A model generated the notes under the pieces. The model saw only the letters and a program-made list of their open reading frames with translations. It ran no database searches and had not been told where the DNA came from. Source: Lepidodermella squamata (Eukaryota > Animalia > Gastrotricha). Taken from it: a stretch of 64,000 bases of DNA. The translations under genes were made by a program, and so were the position numbers. Shown here one piece after another: positions 1 to 12,821 of the stretch. The stretch spans positions 558,001-622,000 of the forward strand of contig JBLDXI010000042.1 in the NCBI GenBank assembly GCA_047495785.1, in the 5' to 3' direction. The first letter of the stretch is position 1. Each line of letters begins with the position of its first letter.

Positions 1-858
1 TCCGTCAGGCCCCCGTTATGTATTACGCCTCGGGTTCGATGCTTCTCAGAAAGCCTCATTTCCGAAGCTGAGACGTTTCCCAACTGTCGTATACGAATTA
101 TCGGAAGGACGAAGCGATTCGATATAACTCCCTCAAGGTCGATTTAGAGTGAAGAAAATATTCCAACACAATTATTTTGCTTTCAGCTTAAATCCTAAAC
201 ATTTCCAAAAAGCTTATAGCTAGATGGGAATAGCAATACGCCAACTTTCAACGTTAAATTCACCAGTTGTATGGAAAATAACTTAGAATAAGGTTCGAGA
301 AGGAGGATTCTCGAGCCAGGGGTTACTTTCGGGAATTTTCGGCGTTAGCCATCGCAACTAGAGAGATTCCATCCACATCCTCCCGTTCCCCTTCACTTTT
401 GATTACAATGACAAGTAATTTTATGAAAGAAATGCCATCTGCGGCGGCTCCACTATCCTTGATTCGCTCGGAGGTTTATTAAAATTGCAATTTATTTTGG
501 GAAATATAGCAAACAATGTTTTCCATCTCCGGCAGCTTCAGAATCCATGATCACACCCTGGAGTAGCTGATGCGCAAAATTGCATTTCCACGAAACATAT
601 CAGTAAATAAATGAACGGCAGGCTCATTGATCTGCTATCCCGTGCGCTGTAGAAGATGGATTGCAAAACAGAATTCATTCGTACAGCCTGCGAACCGGAG
701 AATTGTTGACATTCAGACCTTGATTTTGACGAATCCTAACAGGAAATTAAATCACAGCTTGTTATTCCATGCTGCGGTATCTAAGATAGATCGCAGCGCT
801 CGAGTCTACCGCGCTTGCTCTCCCAGTTTTTAGCTTTCAATCAACGAATTCAGTTGGA

Positions 859-3800
859 ATGGCTTATACATTTTATGCTGTAGTCAACTGTATTGTTGCG
901 TTCGCAAACTGCCTCGATGTTTCAAAGATCCAGCTGCCTCGCCTGAACAACCTGATTGCATTCTGGCCAATGGACGCATATTCAGGCCTCACTGGGTTCA
1001 CGAGGACGAATGAAGAACTCCAGCCACTGAAGAGCGCAAGCGGCCTTGCGGAATTCTACCGTAACCCTATCACCAACGCCGGGTACTATACGCTGATTGG
1101 TGGACAAAATATAGCAAGTTATTCATTGTCTGAAATTCCGAGTTCATTCACAGTTAGCGTCCACTTTCAACAAACATTCGGTCTAATTGAATTCAATGGC
1201 CTATTCAAGATTGCCCCGAGAACCTTTAACGTGAGAACTGGACGAGATAGCTGGCAAACATACAGCTCTAAATTTCTGATGGAGTACCAGGACACATCTA
1301 TGCTAGCCTTCACATATGACAGCGCGACAAAAATGACGTTTTTCCATAGAATGGGAACAAGCAAGCTTGAATTATCCTCTGAAAAGTACTCAATACCGGT
1401 CCAGATGTACCTAAACGATACCAAGCAACAGTTTACGATCGGGATAGCAGAGAATTCCGATCCGGGGAGATCGAATTACGCAGTTTCCTGTGTTTCACTG
1501 TACAATGCTGCTTTAACTGCTAACGAGATGAAAATGCTGTTTCTACAACCGTGTCAAAAAGCAGCTGAAGCAAGCATGGTTAACATTGATGGAATCGATA
1601 TGAATTCCATACCGCGTCGAGGTTACCTCATCGGATTCTGGCCGCTATCATACGATTCGAAATTAATCGGCTGGACTGGGGCGGGTAATGCTATTCTGCC
1701 CCGCCAGCCTAGCCTCTACAACTCGAAACGGTTGAAATTTGAGGGTCCCTATGGGCAGGGCAGTTTTGCATGGAATAGTAACGCAAGCTCTTCTCGGAAT
1801 AAATTCAGCGGCATCGTGGCTTACGATAACCTCCCATGGCCAAAACACGCGCTCACAGTTGCATTCTACATCAAAACATCTTGCGCAACAGGGCAGCCGC
1901 GGAAAATCCTTACCATCCCTGGTTTTCTGACTGTTTACTGTCAGATGATAGTCAATGAAACGCGGAGTGATGTCAAAATATACTTTGTTCCGTTGGCTAA
2001 AAAAGCTGCAGAGCTACCGAATCCCGATGCCTGTAGTGCAACATATAATTACAATGGAGACTGGACGCTGTTTGCGATTACCACCGAAGATAACGATAAT
2101 AGAGGAGACAGTTCCATTTACACACAAGCTGTAAACCATGAGCAGCAACTAAATGAAACAGGTAAGGCGAAAAAGCATGAATAGAAGTTTCCGATTAGGC
2201 ATTTTCTTTCACTGGGTCTAAAAGCAACACTCGAAGCATATGACCATAAACAAGTGAAAATTGGTGTTAGGCGCAATTTCTGTATTTCCCATCAAACAGC
2301 AAAAAGTGTGTTGACTTGAAAAAGGGGCCGATTCTTGAACTCCTTTCTCAGGATTTTGAATTTTTTAAATTCAAACTCCAAGAGGCTCCCATCACTACCT
2401 CGTTAGTGAGAGACGCCAAACTCTCCATTCGAATTTTTCTCTCAACATTTTTGAGTTCCCTTGAAGATTACTGTAAGCTGTAACCATGAATCATATTCAC
2501 TAAATCAGAACCGTATATACTTGTAATTCTACCTAGAAAAGAATTATGTAGATAAATCGATCTTTTTCAGATAAGTGCGCTTACAACCTTCAGGATTTTA
2601 CGGGGATCGAAATTGAAGGAATTCGTACAATTACGGCGAGCAATGTTTCATTTGATATCGGAATGGGCCCTGAACTTCCTACGCCGTTTGCGAAAATAGT
2701 AGAAAGCGATGACACACAATTCGCCTGCTTCTACTTCTACAACGCTGCTTTGAGCAAAGACGAAATTTTCAACCTCAGCAACGCCTGTGGCCGGGCAGCC
2801 TCGCAGGAAATGAAGTACGCCGGCGGGAATTCGATCGCTGAGAAAATAATTCCGTTCTTCGACCCGCAGCGATCTCGCTACATTGACAACATGACGGCTA
2901 TTCAACGAAATTGCGATCATTTCAACAGTTCAGTCAATGCGCCTCAAACTCTTAAAGAGTACCAGTCTGAATCCTACGCTCCTTTCGACATCGAAGTTGG
3001 TTTTCAAATTACGAATTTGAACGAAATTGACACAGTCAACGAAATCATCACTGTTGAAGCTCTGATGGTCTTATACTGGCGGGTGGACACATGCCCTTGG
3101 CTCTCATCTGGCGTTCTTTCAACTGGACGGAATTTTGAGACGATAAACATCGATAATCTCGAAAACATGTGGCGGCCGAAGATCCGCTTCCTAACTGCAG
3201 CTAATTCGAACCTTCAAATGCGAAACATGATGATCAACGATGACTTTCTGATGATGATGTCTTCGAAGATTCCTACCGTCAACCGGATCTTCGACTTTTA
3301 TTGGCAGAAGGAAGGATTGTTCGAGGCGAAATGCGAGCAACTCCTGCAGTTGTTCCCTTTCGACACGCAAACGTGCGATTTTGAATTCTCCCTCGATAAA
3401 GACATCAGCGTTGTTCGAGTTGATGACAAAACGCTCCGCTTCGATTTCAAAAAGCCGCAACCAGGCGACAGTTGGACCCTAGTTTCAGCTACAAATTCGA
3501 CCAGCCAAGTTTTCTATAAAGGCTACTATGTGTCCACCTTCAAATTCACGGTAACGCTAGCCAGGAATCCTAGGTATTACATTAGGAACTTTGCCATTCC
3601 CTCATCGACTCTCGCCTCGCTGAATGTATTCCTATTCATGATGCCTCCGGATCTACCAGATCGATCTGCCTTCTCTGCAACCATCCTTTTAACGATGGTT
3701 GTAATGCAAAATGTGATTCTGAATGAAGTCCCGAAAAAGCCTTACGACACGCTTCTAGGCAAGCTTGTTCAGAGCTTGACGTGGTTCTGCATCGCAACTA

Positions 3801-4033
3801 CAATCTACAATCTGCTGATCCTTTGGCTGGCAGCTTCCTATTTTAATCCGGAGGTGGAAACGATACGATATCATAAGCGATTTCTGCGCGGACATGTTGG
3901 CTTAGTTCGCATTATTGATGGTTGTTTCTGTCTACTCAGCTTTTGCCTATTTTTAATCGTTCACTTCAGTGTGCTATACGGCACAGAAGTGGACAAATCT
4001 TTGCTTATCAAAGCATTTGATCTCTTTGATTAG
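859..4033 (+). CDS. Cys-loop pentameric ligand-gated ion channel subunit with two N-terminal LamG/pentraxin-like domains; join(859..2161,2571..4033), 921 aa
   Basis: Donor ACAG|GTAAGG after 2161 and acceptor TTTTTCAG|AT before 2571 join the two long ORFs in frame (phase 1, 2766 nt). N-terminal hydrophobic signal. Two domains start LIAFWPM / LIGFWPLS and end SCVSLYNAALTANEM / ACFYFYNAALSKDEI. These are followed by LBD motif WRPKI, Cys-loop CEQLLQLFPFDTQTC (C-x13-C), RNPRYY pre-M1 and four TM segments. Confidence 0.9.
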
Positions 4034-4604
4034 CTCTCAAGCTCTTGAGTAACGGATCGGGAGTTCTTTCTCGTTTCAACTGTTTTAATCATTTTCCTCT
4101 CAATCTTCATTTTTGTCTGTTCCAAGTCCCAATTTGAAACTTGACAGTGATTTGATTTGATTTGAAGACTCATTTTTTCTCTTTCTTAAGATGTAGCAAG
4201 AACTAGTACGAAGTTTCACGAAGCGTAAATAAAAAATGAAACTATCGAGGTATGAATCATTCGAATTCCAATGCAAGAATTCGGGAAGCAGTGAGAACTG
4301 AGAAGGAAACTCGACCTATTCCTCAACAATCATTAGAAGGGGGGCGAGTGAAGGGGGCTCAACCAAGGCGTGATTTCTAGTCTCTGGAAGTCTCGTTTGC
4401 CACTTGGTTGTCGTAAATCAAGATCGCACCAGTGTGCGAATTATGGGGTAAAAGATAAAGTGAGAGGAAGGGGCGTACCACTGATATGGAGAGGTCCAGT
4501 ATGCCATTTTGAAAGCATCCTATCAGATAAATTCAGGCCTGAAAAAACCAAAGCGTTATCAGGAGGTGGAACCACAAGAAAGCGTCACAATGGCTTATAG
4601 ACAC

Positions 4605-4638
4605 CATAGAGAACGTAGTGATCACTACGTTCTCTATG
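4605..4638. repeat. Perfect 34-bp palindrome (probable minimal MITE / fused TIRs)
   Basis: catagagaacgtagtga|tcactacgttctctatg; a half copy (cactacgttctctatg) recurs at ~5269-5285. Confidence 0.75.
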
Positions 4639-4778
4639 AAAGACACAAACAATGGTTTTGCCTTATCAGTTAGATAAAAATCGCTTCAAAACAAGTTCCT
4701 TTCTATCTTGCTGTTAAAATAAACCTTCATTATTCTTTAATTCAATTCTTTCAACGACCGGCAATAATAGCTGTAGCC

Positions 4779-7700
4779 ATGGAGACTATTTTTTCAGTGG
4801 AAAATTTTAAAATCGAGAAGGATTTAGGAAGGGGTTATTTCGGCTCAACGACGCTATGCAGGCGGACCTGCAACGACGTGGCGCCGTACGCTGTCAAGGC
4901 AGTGAACCTCACGCGACTTCGTGAACTATACGCGGGGGAACCCCATTTTGCTGAAAAAATGGTTACTTTGTGCAAGGAAGAGGTCAGCTTTATTTCATGC
5001 TATTAATAATTCCATCCCATGCAATTGCATTTTCGCATTTCCAGCATGAAAAACTGGTCAGGCTCCCACATCCAAATGTTGTTCAGGTTTTTGGAGCATT
5101 TATTGGTAAGTTTTGCTAAGAACTGATTCAGTGTGCGACTTTCATGGGATGGGAGTATCATCTCCCCAGCTCGGCCAGGCCAAATAAGAAAATGAAAATT
5201 TAGTCCGCTGGTTCATCAATTTTGAAAGGTTTCAGAGCGTGTTCTAGTTGAAATTCTACGAAATTACCTCACTACGTTCTCTATGAAAATTACCTTGCTT
5301 CGCTCGTTTTTTATCGAAATCACTAGTCAAATAGGCAAATACAGCAAACACATTTTTTTCCATCCACATTTTTTATCCATGGATCAATTCCACCCTTAGT
5401 TTTAAGCAGACTTCATTAATTGCGCAATAAGAGGCAATAAGATTATCTAGCAATTAAATATGGGGTTCTCGCGTAAGAAAAATCAACCGGAAAAATTTTA
5501 TCTAAAATCTCTCCCATCACAATTTTCTCACAGCTCAGTTGACTCATGTTTTTTCATCACAGAGAAGGACGCTTCCGGAGCCGATATGTATTACCTCGTA
5601 ATGGAATACTGCTCAGGAGGAGACTTGGACGAGTACATGAAGAAAGCTAGCAAACCTATTCCTGAAAATATGCTGCTTGAGTGGTCGCTACAACTTGCTT
5701 CGGCCCTAGCTACCATGCATGAAAAGCAAGCCCTCCATCGCGACATAAAGCCGAAAAATATTTTCCTGCACAACGGTTCAGTTAAACTCGGGGATTTCGG
5801 CTTGGCGAAGATTTGTGATAGGTAGGAATAACAAATATTTTGGTTATAATAGATGTAATGCATGTCAACAACGATTATTACAGCTCTTCAAATAGTATCC
5901 AACAGTCATCATACAACTTCAGGCTTGGTACAGTGCTTTACAAAGCGCCTGAATTATTCGGTAGAATAGGACATTCGGTTGAGAGCGATTGGTGGTCTTT
6001 GGGTGTAACTTTGTTCGAGCTAGCAAATTTTTACTTGCCCGTTAGTTTTCTTTCTGTGCCTTGTACATTGTGCTACATTTGTGGCTTCTTTTCAGTTCGA
6101 TCATGATCTGGATATCATGGCGTAACTTTCAGGCCAACTTGTTCAGCGGATAACAATAGTGGTATATTTACAGAAATCGTCGGAACAAATTTGGCGATTC
6201 ACGCGGTTATTCGCCCGCATTCCGAAACGTTATTTTGGCATTTTTAGTTCCAGATCGTTGGAGGCGTATCCCGCCGCTTACTCTTCTTAACTCTTTGAAT
6301 GATCCGAATTCTCTGCAAATTATCAACACCGCTAATGAGATGAGCTCGACAGAATTATTAGATCCAAACTCCCCGCAAATGGTATGAGGAATCGATATCA
6401 AAATTATAAATATACTTCTTCCACGTCGTTTCAGCGTCTTTTTCGTCTCATCAGGCAACACAAAACGGGAGAAATTGAAGCGCTGTTATCAAATTCAAAT
6501 CTAGAAGTGAACGTGAACTGTACGAATGATGAAGGCTTTACCCCGCTGTTTCTAGCTGTACAAGAGGGCCGTGATGATATAGTGGATCTTCTGGTGACCA
6601 AGTTCAAGGCTGATCCCCTATCTAAGGACTCGTTGGGAAGAACGCCGATGTACGTCGCCGCTGATTGTGGTCGAACAAATGCAGTGAATCTTCTAGGAAA
6701 CGTTTCGAGAGATAGCGTTGATTGGGCGGCTGAAGATGGTAAGACACCGATATGGGCTGCAGCTGAGAACGGCCAGGCTACGATTGTTAGATTGTTAGCA
6801 AAAGAAATGGGCGCTAAAGTGCAAATAACGAATGAACAGGGCATGAGCTTGCTGCATGTCGCTGCGATGGAAGGTCACGTGGAAGTAGCAAGAATTCTGG
6901 CAAGTGATTTGAAATTAAATGTGGAATGGACTATGAATTCAGGCTACACACCTTTGCATTTGGCCGTGCTTAGAGGCCACGTGGACATGGTAATTTTACT
7001 CGTGAAAGAATTCAAAGCTAAGGCGAACGCGATATCGAGAGATGGCACGACGCCCATGCACATCGCAGCACGCGAAGGGAATGCAGTTATCTTGAGGATT
7101 ATAGTCACAGATGTCCATGTGAATGCCACGGATAATAAAGGCGAGACTCCCTTGCATGCCGCTGCTAAGAATGGACATGCCGAAAGCGTGAGAATTCTAG
7201 CTGGAGAATTCCTTGCAGACGTCAATGCATCTGATAAAGATGGTAAGACTCCCTTGCATATCGCTGCGAGGTATGGAAAAGCGGAAACCATGAGAATACT
7301 AGCTGGAGAATTCCATGCGGACGTTAATGCAACTACTAATAGGGGCGAGACTCCCTTGTATATCGCTGTTGCGTATGGAAACGCTGAAACCGTGAGAATT
7401 CTGGCTGGAGAATTCAATGCTGACGTCAATGCATCCGATAAAAATGGCTGCACTCCTTTACATTACGCTGCTAGGACTGGACAAGCTGATACCGTGAGAA
7501 TTTTAGCTGGAGAGTTCCATGTTAACGTCAATGCATCCGATAAATATGGCTGGACTCCCTTGCATCAAGCTACTTTGAGAGAACACACGGAATCCGTCAG
7601 AATTTTAGTTCGAGAATTCCATGCTAACGTCAATGCATCTAGTAAAGATGGCTGGACTCCCTTGCATCGCGCTGCTTTGAATGGAACAGTGGAATTAGTC

Positions 7701-8540
7701 AGAATTCTAGCAGGAGCTGACGTCAATGCATCTGATAAAATTGGCGAGACTCCCTTGCATATCGCTGCGAGGTATGGAAAAGCGGAAACCATGAGAATAC
7801 TAGCTGGGGAATTCCATGCTAACGTCAATGCATCTAGTAAAGATGGCTGGACTCCCTTGCATCGCGCTGCTTTGAATGGAACAGTGGAATTAGTCAGAAT
7901 TCTAGCAGGAGAACTCCATGCTGACGTCAATGCATCTGATAAAAATGGTGAGACTCCATTGCATATCGCTGTTGGGTATGGACACGCCGAAATCATAAGA
8001 ATTCTAGCTGGGGAATTCTACGCGGACGTTAATGCAACTACTAATAGGGGCGAGACTCCCTTGCATCGCGCTGCTTTGAATGGAAAAGCGGAATTAGTCA
8101 GAATTCTAGCAGGAGAATTCCATGCTGACGTCAATGCATCTAATAAAAATGGCTGGACCCCTGTGCATTGCGCTTCATTTGAAGGCCACGTTGAAATTGC
8201 GAGACTCCTAGCGGTGACGTTCAAAGCCGATGTAAATGCTCTGTGCATCAGCAGCTGTGAGGTCTCATCACGGCTGTCGAGGATACTTGGTCAAGACCCG
8301 CCGTCTGAAAAATGGATGACACCGCTCATGTCTGCATCACTGAGAGGCGATTATAAAGTTGTAGACCTTCTAACACGCGAGGCGGGAGCTGATGCCAATT
8401 ACATAGTGCCAGAGACAGGCTGGACAGCTCTACTCCTCGCTCAGAATTGCGGTTCTAAAGATGAAAAGCTTAAAACCATCGACATTCTCCTCTCGGCAGG
8501 AGGACGGAATAATCAGACTGTTCACTCTCTAAAAGAATGA
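4779..8540 (+). CDS. NEK-like Ser/Thr kinase fused to 19 ankyrin repeats; join(4779..4982,5045..5105,5563..5821,5884..6040,6096..6121,6174..6381,6435..8540), 1006 aa
   Basis: All six GT-AG introns keep frame (3021 nt). Kinase motifs GRGYFG, AVK, HPNVV, MEYCSGGDL, HRDIKPKN, DFG, GTVLYKAPE, SDWWSLG, YSPAFRNVILAFLVPDRWRR. The last exon carries 19 GxTPLH-type ankyrin repeats. Confidence 0.88.
5129..5365 (+). mobile_element. Truncated copy of the hAT-type MITE family seen intact at 53570-53818, in a kinase intron
   Basis: Starts cagtgtgcgactttc...ccccagctcggcc and shares internal motifs (cttcgctcg, ggcaaatacagcaaa...tttttccatcc) with 53570-53818. Confidence 0.6.
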
Positions 8541-8697
8541 AGTTTAATTAGATTTGGAATTGATTTGATAAAAATCGATGACTTGATACATTACAATATT
8601 CCTGTTCTGCGCCACATGTCAGAATAGTTGTGACGTTAGTGACTCATTAGCAGTACTTATGTTACGTAATAAAACACTAGATAGTTATTATTACAAA

Positions 8698-8728
8698 CTA
8701 GAAAAGACGGGCGCGCGTACCGCGCGCC
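8698..8728 (-). mobile_element. Helitron-like 3' terminus
   Basis: Minus strand: GC-rich hairpin ggcgcgcg-gta-cgcgcgcc, 8 nt spacer, then CTAG followed by T. The adjacent 8.9-9.9 kb stretch is AT-rich and degenerate-repetitive (agatct/taagtt motifs). The 5' end was not located. Confidence 0.55.
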
Positions 8729-10918
8729 TCGTAACATGTACGCTGCAATGCTTCCATGCCAAGGAACTTAATAATAAAGCGGATTCGAAAATAACTTGAA
8801 ACGAAACACATTAAAGCCAATGGATTGTTGGTACTTGTAAGACACCGTTCAGATGACGGTTCTAAACTTATGAATGTCACTCAAGTTACCCATTCTTCAT
8901 TTCACATTACATTATCTCACTGAATAGAATTTATGCAAAGATATCGAAGATTGAATCTCATCGTCTTTAAACAGCTATCTCTCACAGAACTAATGCAAAA
9001 CTAATGATAAGCTCTCAGTGTCTATCGTCTATCAATTTGAACTGACATCTCCCTTCTCAGTGGACCTAAAATATTAAGCTTTAAGATATAAGTAAGAAAT
9101 ATCAAGTTAACATCCGACATCAGACATGAAAATCTGCTGCTTGACCATAAGACCTGCATGAGTTGGAGCTAAAGGCTAAAGCTCAGCTGATCTGTATGCT
9201 GAAAAGATGAGCCCGGCATGAATTTGAGCGATAGGTAGGTATCTTAATCACAATTTAGATCTCTTGCTATAGATGATTCTAACATCCTAAAGATTCATAT
9301 GCATCTCAGTATAGTATCTTTCCGGGGAAGATTAAGTTAACATGAGTCGATCATATCATCTATATCTGGGAGTTAAGATTGAGTAGGATTGAGACTTACA
9401 ACTCCAGTCTCCATCTCAATGAAAAGAAGATGTTAGGATTTGAGATCCTACTACTATTATGCATCTTGATGTTGATGTTGTGCAATGATATACGACATTC
9501 ATCTAAGTTAAGTAAGTTAAGTTGACTCCATTCATAGATCCATAGATCCTTACTCGACGTACTCTGAATGTGATCTGAGTGAGATCTAACTTAAGATCAA
9601 AGTATGTTACTTAGCAACCATAGATCCATACTCAATGTTGATGTTGTGGATTGACATAGATCTACATTGAGATTGAGTTAAATAGATCTACTTATTCTTA
9701 AGAATGAGGTAGGTTGAGGTTAAGCTCTAAGTTGATCTAACTGGAGATTAGACTTATATGTTAGTTAGCATCTATATATGTAATGTTCATATACTCAAGC
9801 ATTAACAGATCTCAGCGAAAGATGTATCTAAAGCAAATGAATGTCCTATTGATCGTGATTCACGAACATCTTTCAGTCAGACACCGAACATCAATAAGCG
9901 CAGAAGTTGACTGCGCGCTGGTTAACTTGAAACTCGCGCGCCCCCGTAAAACCGCGTCAATTTAGTTTTCAACCTGAATTATTTAAAAATTTGATTGTTA
10001 GTAATTTTAAAGTAAAATAAAAATTATAGAATTATTTTTATTTAAAATTAACGCGTATTTAAAAAGTTTATCCGAGTTCTCTTACGTTCTTTATGTTGTT
10101 AATTGTGCCTCATTATTACAGATTAAATGAGAAGCTCGCGACTACAGTGCGAGGTAATATCAGCGAATACCGATCCATGGCGGAATTCAAACGTATTAAT
10201 GCCGATTTCGGTGTTGAGTCCGCCATGTCACCAGGAAAGTTGGTGGCATTACACATTACAAGATGGTTTGGTCTAGGGGTCTAGCGGAGCGGAACTAAAT
10301 TTGCAGTGAGCAGAGCCACATTTTGAAATTTCAAAGGGGGCTTAAAACCACCTTTTGGAAATATACGTAAATGTAGTGTAAAATTCCGTGTAAGACCTAT
10401 AGTGTTCAATTCTGTTCTGCCTTATATTCGTAACTTTTTTTCGAAAAGGGGTTTTTGCATATTTCGAGTTTGGTTCCGCAAAAAGCAAATATGGCTCTGC
10501 CACAGAAACTCAACGTAACTTTAGATCGAGGCGCAGACGAGTGGAGCGCGAGTTAGCACGCTTGCGAAGTTTACGAGAGCAAGCGAATTCGAAATTAGGA
10601 TCTAACATTCTTGCAACACGGCTTTTAACCCTTTCATTTCGGAATTATTTATTTGCGGGAGAAATTATATTTGCCCCGATCACGATTTTGAAATCCGCTT
10701 GTTTTTATCTGTCCCCGTTAAGGCTGTACAAAACTGGCCGAAATCGTCCTATCCGCGAAGCTGATTTAAGGCGATTTTTCGAGCACCCTAATTTCTGTGT
10801 CAGGGGCCTTCAGCTTTGGATTGTAAATTACTCCCATGAATGTCCCTGAGATTCCCCCTCATTTATGTCGTACGCCTATAGGAGATTTAAGCCTTTAGGG
10901 TATGAGCATTGTATTTAA

Positions 10919-11981
10919 CAGGGTTGCACTTTATACATATGGACCCGACTTTCTACATGTTTAAACGTTTAAATGTTTAAACATGTTTAAACAGATGTTT
11001 AAACAGCTCTGGACTACGGAATCCATTTTATTCAGAAATATTACGAAATACAGCCCCATCGCATGCTATTAGTTTCGATAAATGACTTTGCGAGATACAG
11101 TTTGTATTTTTGGCACCATTTAGTAGACCATTCCGATATCTGTTTATGTGTATTTGACGTGTAGGCCGCGGAAAAAAACCAGTGTACCCAGCACTCTGAG
11201 TTTATTCGATAGTAGGCGTGGTATTAGCGCGCGCATCTTCTGATACAAGGCATTAAATTTGGGCATTAGTGCGCGCACCTTTCCAATGTCTGTTACGCAA
11301 TACGCAATGACGAGAGCATGAGCGCGCGCGTTAATGCCACGCTTTAGTTCCTAAAAGACTGCTAATACGCGCGCACAGTCGCTATCGCTTGCGTAACAGG
11401 CTTTTGAAACATGCGCGCACTAATGCCCAAATTTAATGCCTTGTATCAGAAGATGCGCGCGCTAATGCTTAATTCCTTCTAACGAAATGCATAAACAAAA
11501 ATAGGGCTAAGGAGCCCTGTTTCAAAATTGAAATTTTCCGGTACGTGCGTCGATGCCAGCCTAATTTTTGAAATTACAGTATTCCACGATTGCAAGGTAT
11601 TTTCCGCAAGGTTAATTGTGCACTAAAGTTTTCTTTCTTAGCGAAAACATGTTACATTTCAGAGCTCACGAGGCCAAGAATTAGTTGTATGGCGCTCTTA
11701 TGAATAATTAACCTTTTTCGTGAATGATAAACATTTCAAAGATGCAACATCACCACATCATCACTTACGATAAACTGCAGATTGCAGCGAGTAATCCAGA
11801 TATGCATCAAATTGAAATAAAAGATTCAAGATTATGGCGGAAATCTGCTGATTTTTTTAGTAATTTTGGGCATTTTCTATTAGGACTTTATACATATGTA
11901 TAAACCCTCGGACTTTATACTGTTTAAACATGTGTTTAAACATCCTGTTTTAACACAGATGTTTATACAAGTGCAACCATG
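10919..11981. mobile_element. Non-autonomous hAT-type element with 8-bp TSD
   Basis: TIRs cagggttgcact / agtgcaaccatg; identical flanking GTATTTAA at 10911-10918 and 11982-11989; subterminal gtttaaaca repeats at both ends. Confidence 0.85.
11223..11466. repeat. Internal 55-bp perfect inverted repeat (possible nested MITE)
   Basis: 11223-11277 attagcgcgcgcatcttctgatacaagg...tgcgcgca is the exact reverse complement of 11412-11466. Confidence 0.8.
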
Positions 11982-12821
11982 GTATTTAAACAAAATAATG
12001 ACCAAACCGTGAGGGTGACTATCGATCATTATATATCAATCGAAAGGGCTAATTTTCAGGGACTGAGTTATGCGAGTTTTTCACTTCATTTTCATCAACT
12101 ACTGTGGAAACTACTGCTTAGCCGAACATGCCCAGCTCAGCGAAATCTTTAACAGCGAATAGTAAAACTTGGGGAAGATTTACGATGGGTGAAATTGAGT
12201 TTTCTCGTTATTCTCACAGAAAGCTCCATACGCCTTGCGTCTCTTCAGTTCAGTGGAACGCGGGGTAATATACTCCTAATTTTAAGAGGTCCCCGCGGTA
12301 AAACGAGAAAGACAAGCCGAAGAGGGTGACGCAGTATTGAGTGTACTCTGCAGTATTGACTCCTTACGACAGAACAAGTGGATCAAGTCCGTTGACAGCT
12401 GTTTGTCTTTCATCACGGACCGACATTGTAAATTGTTAAGTACGTGACACTACGCTCTGAACAGCCAGTGTGCGAAGCAGGAGCCTGAGCTAGAGGGCAA
12501 TTTCTGGTATTTTCAGCCACGAATTTTAATTGGTGCGTGAACAATTTTTCTTCTCTGTTTCCAGACCTAATTAGCCATCGCACTCCGTCAGAGGTGAGTA
12601 ATGTTAATTTTAATTGGCAACCCTTCGCTGCGCTTGTCTCTCCACCTGCGCTTGTTTTGCTAGAAAACTCTTCATTTCTTGCCTAGTCGGTTGTGCTCAA
12701 TACCCTAATTACCGGCAATATGCGGAGGCTTGCGACATTGACTTACAACTTACACGCTCATTTAATAGCCAGGATTTACTGTTTGAAATATCATTGAATC
12801 AAAACGAAAAATTAAGAAAAC

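Noticed and set aside
6096-6173. Apparent premature TAA in the kinase C-lobe
   Set aside because: It lies within a 52-nt GT-AG intron (6122-6173) whose removal restores subdomain XI.
7110-8200. Regularly spaced repeats resembling a CRISPR array
   Set aside because: They are in-frame 102-bp ankyrin coding repeats in a eukaryotic gene; there are no unique spacers or cas genes.
6431-8248. Several minus-strand ORFs over the ankyrin exon
   Set aside because: Antisense shadows of the repetitive ankyrin coding frame.
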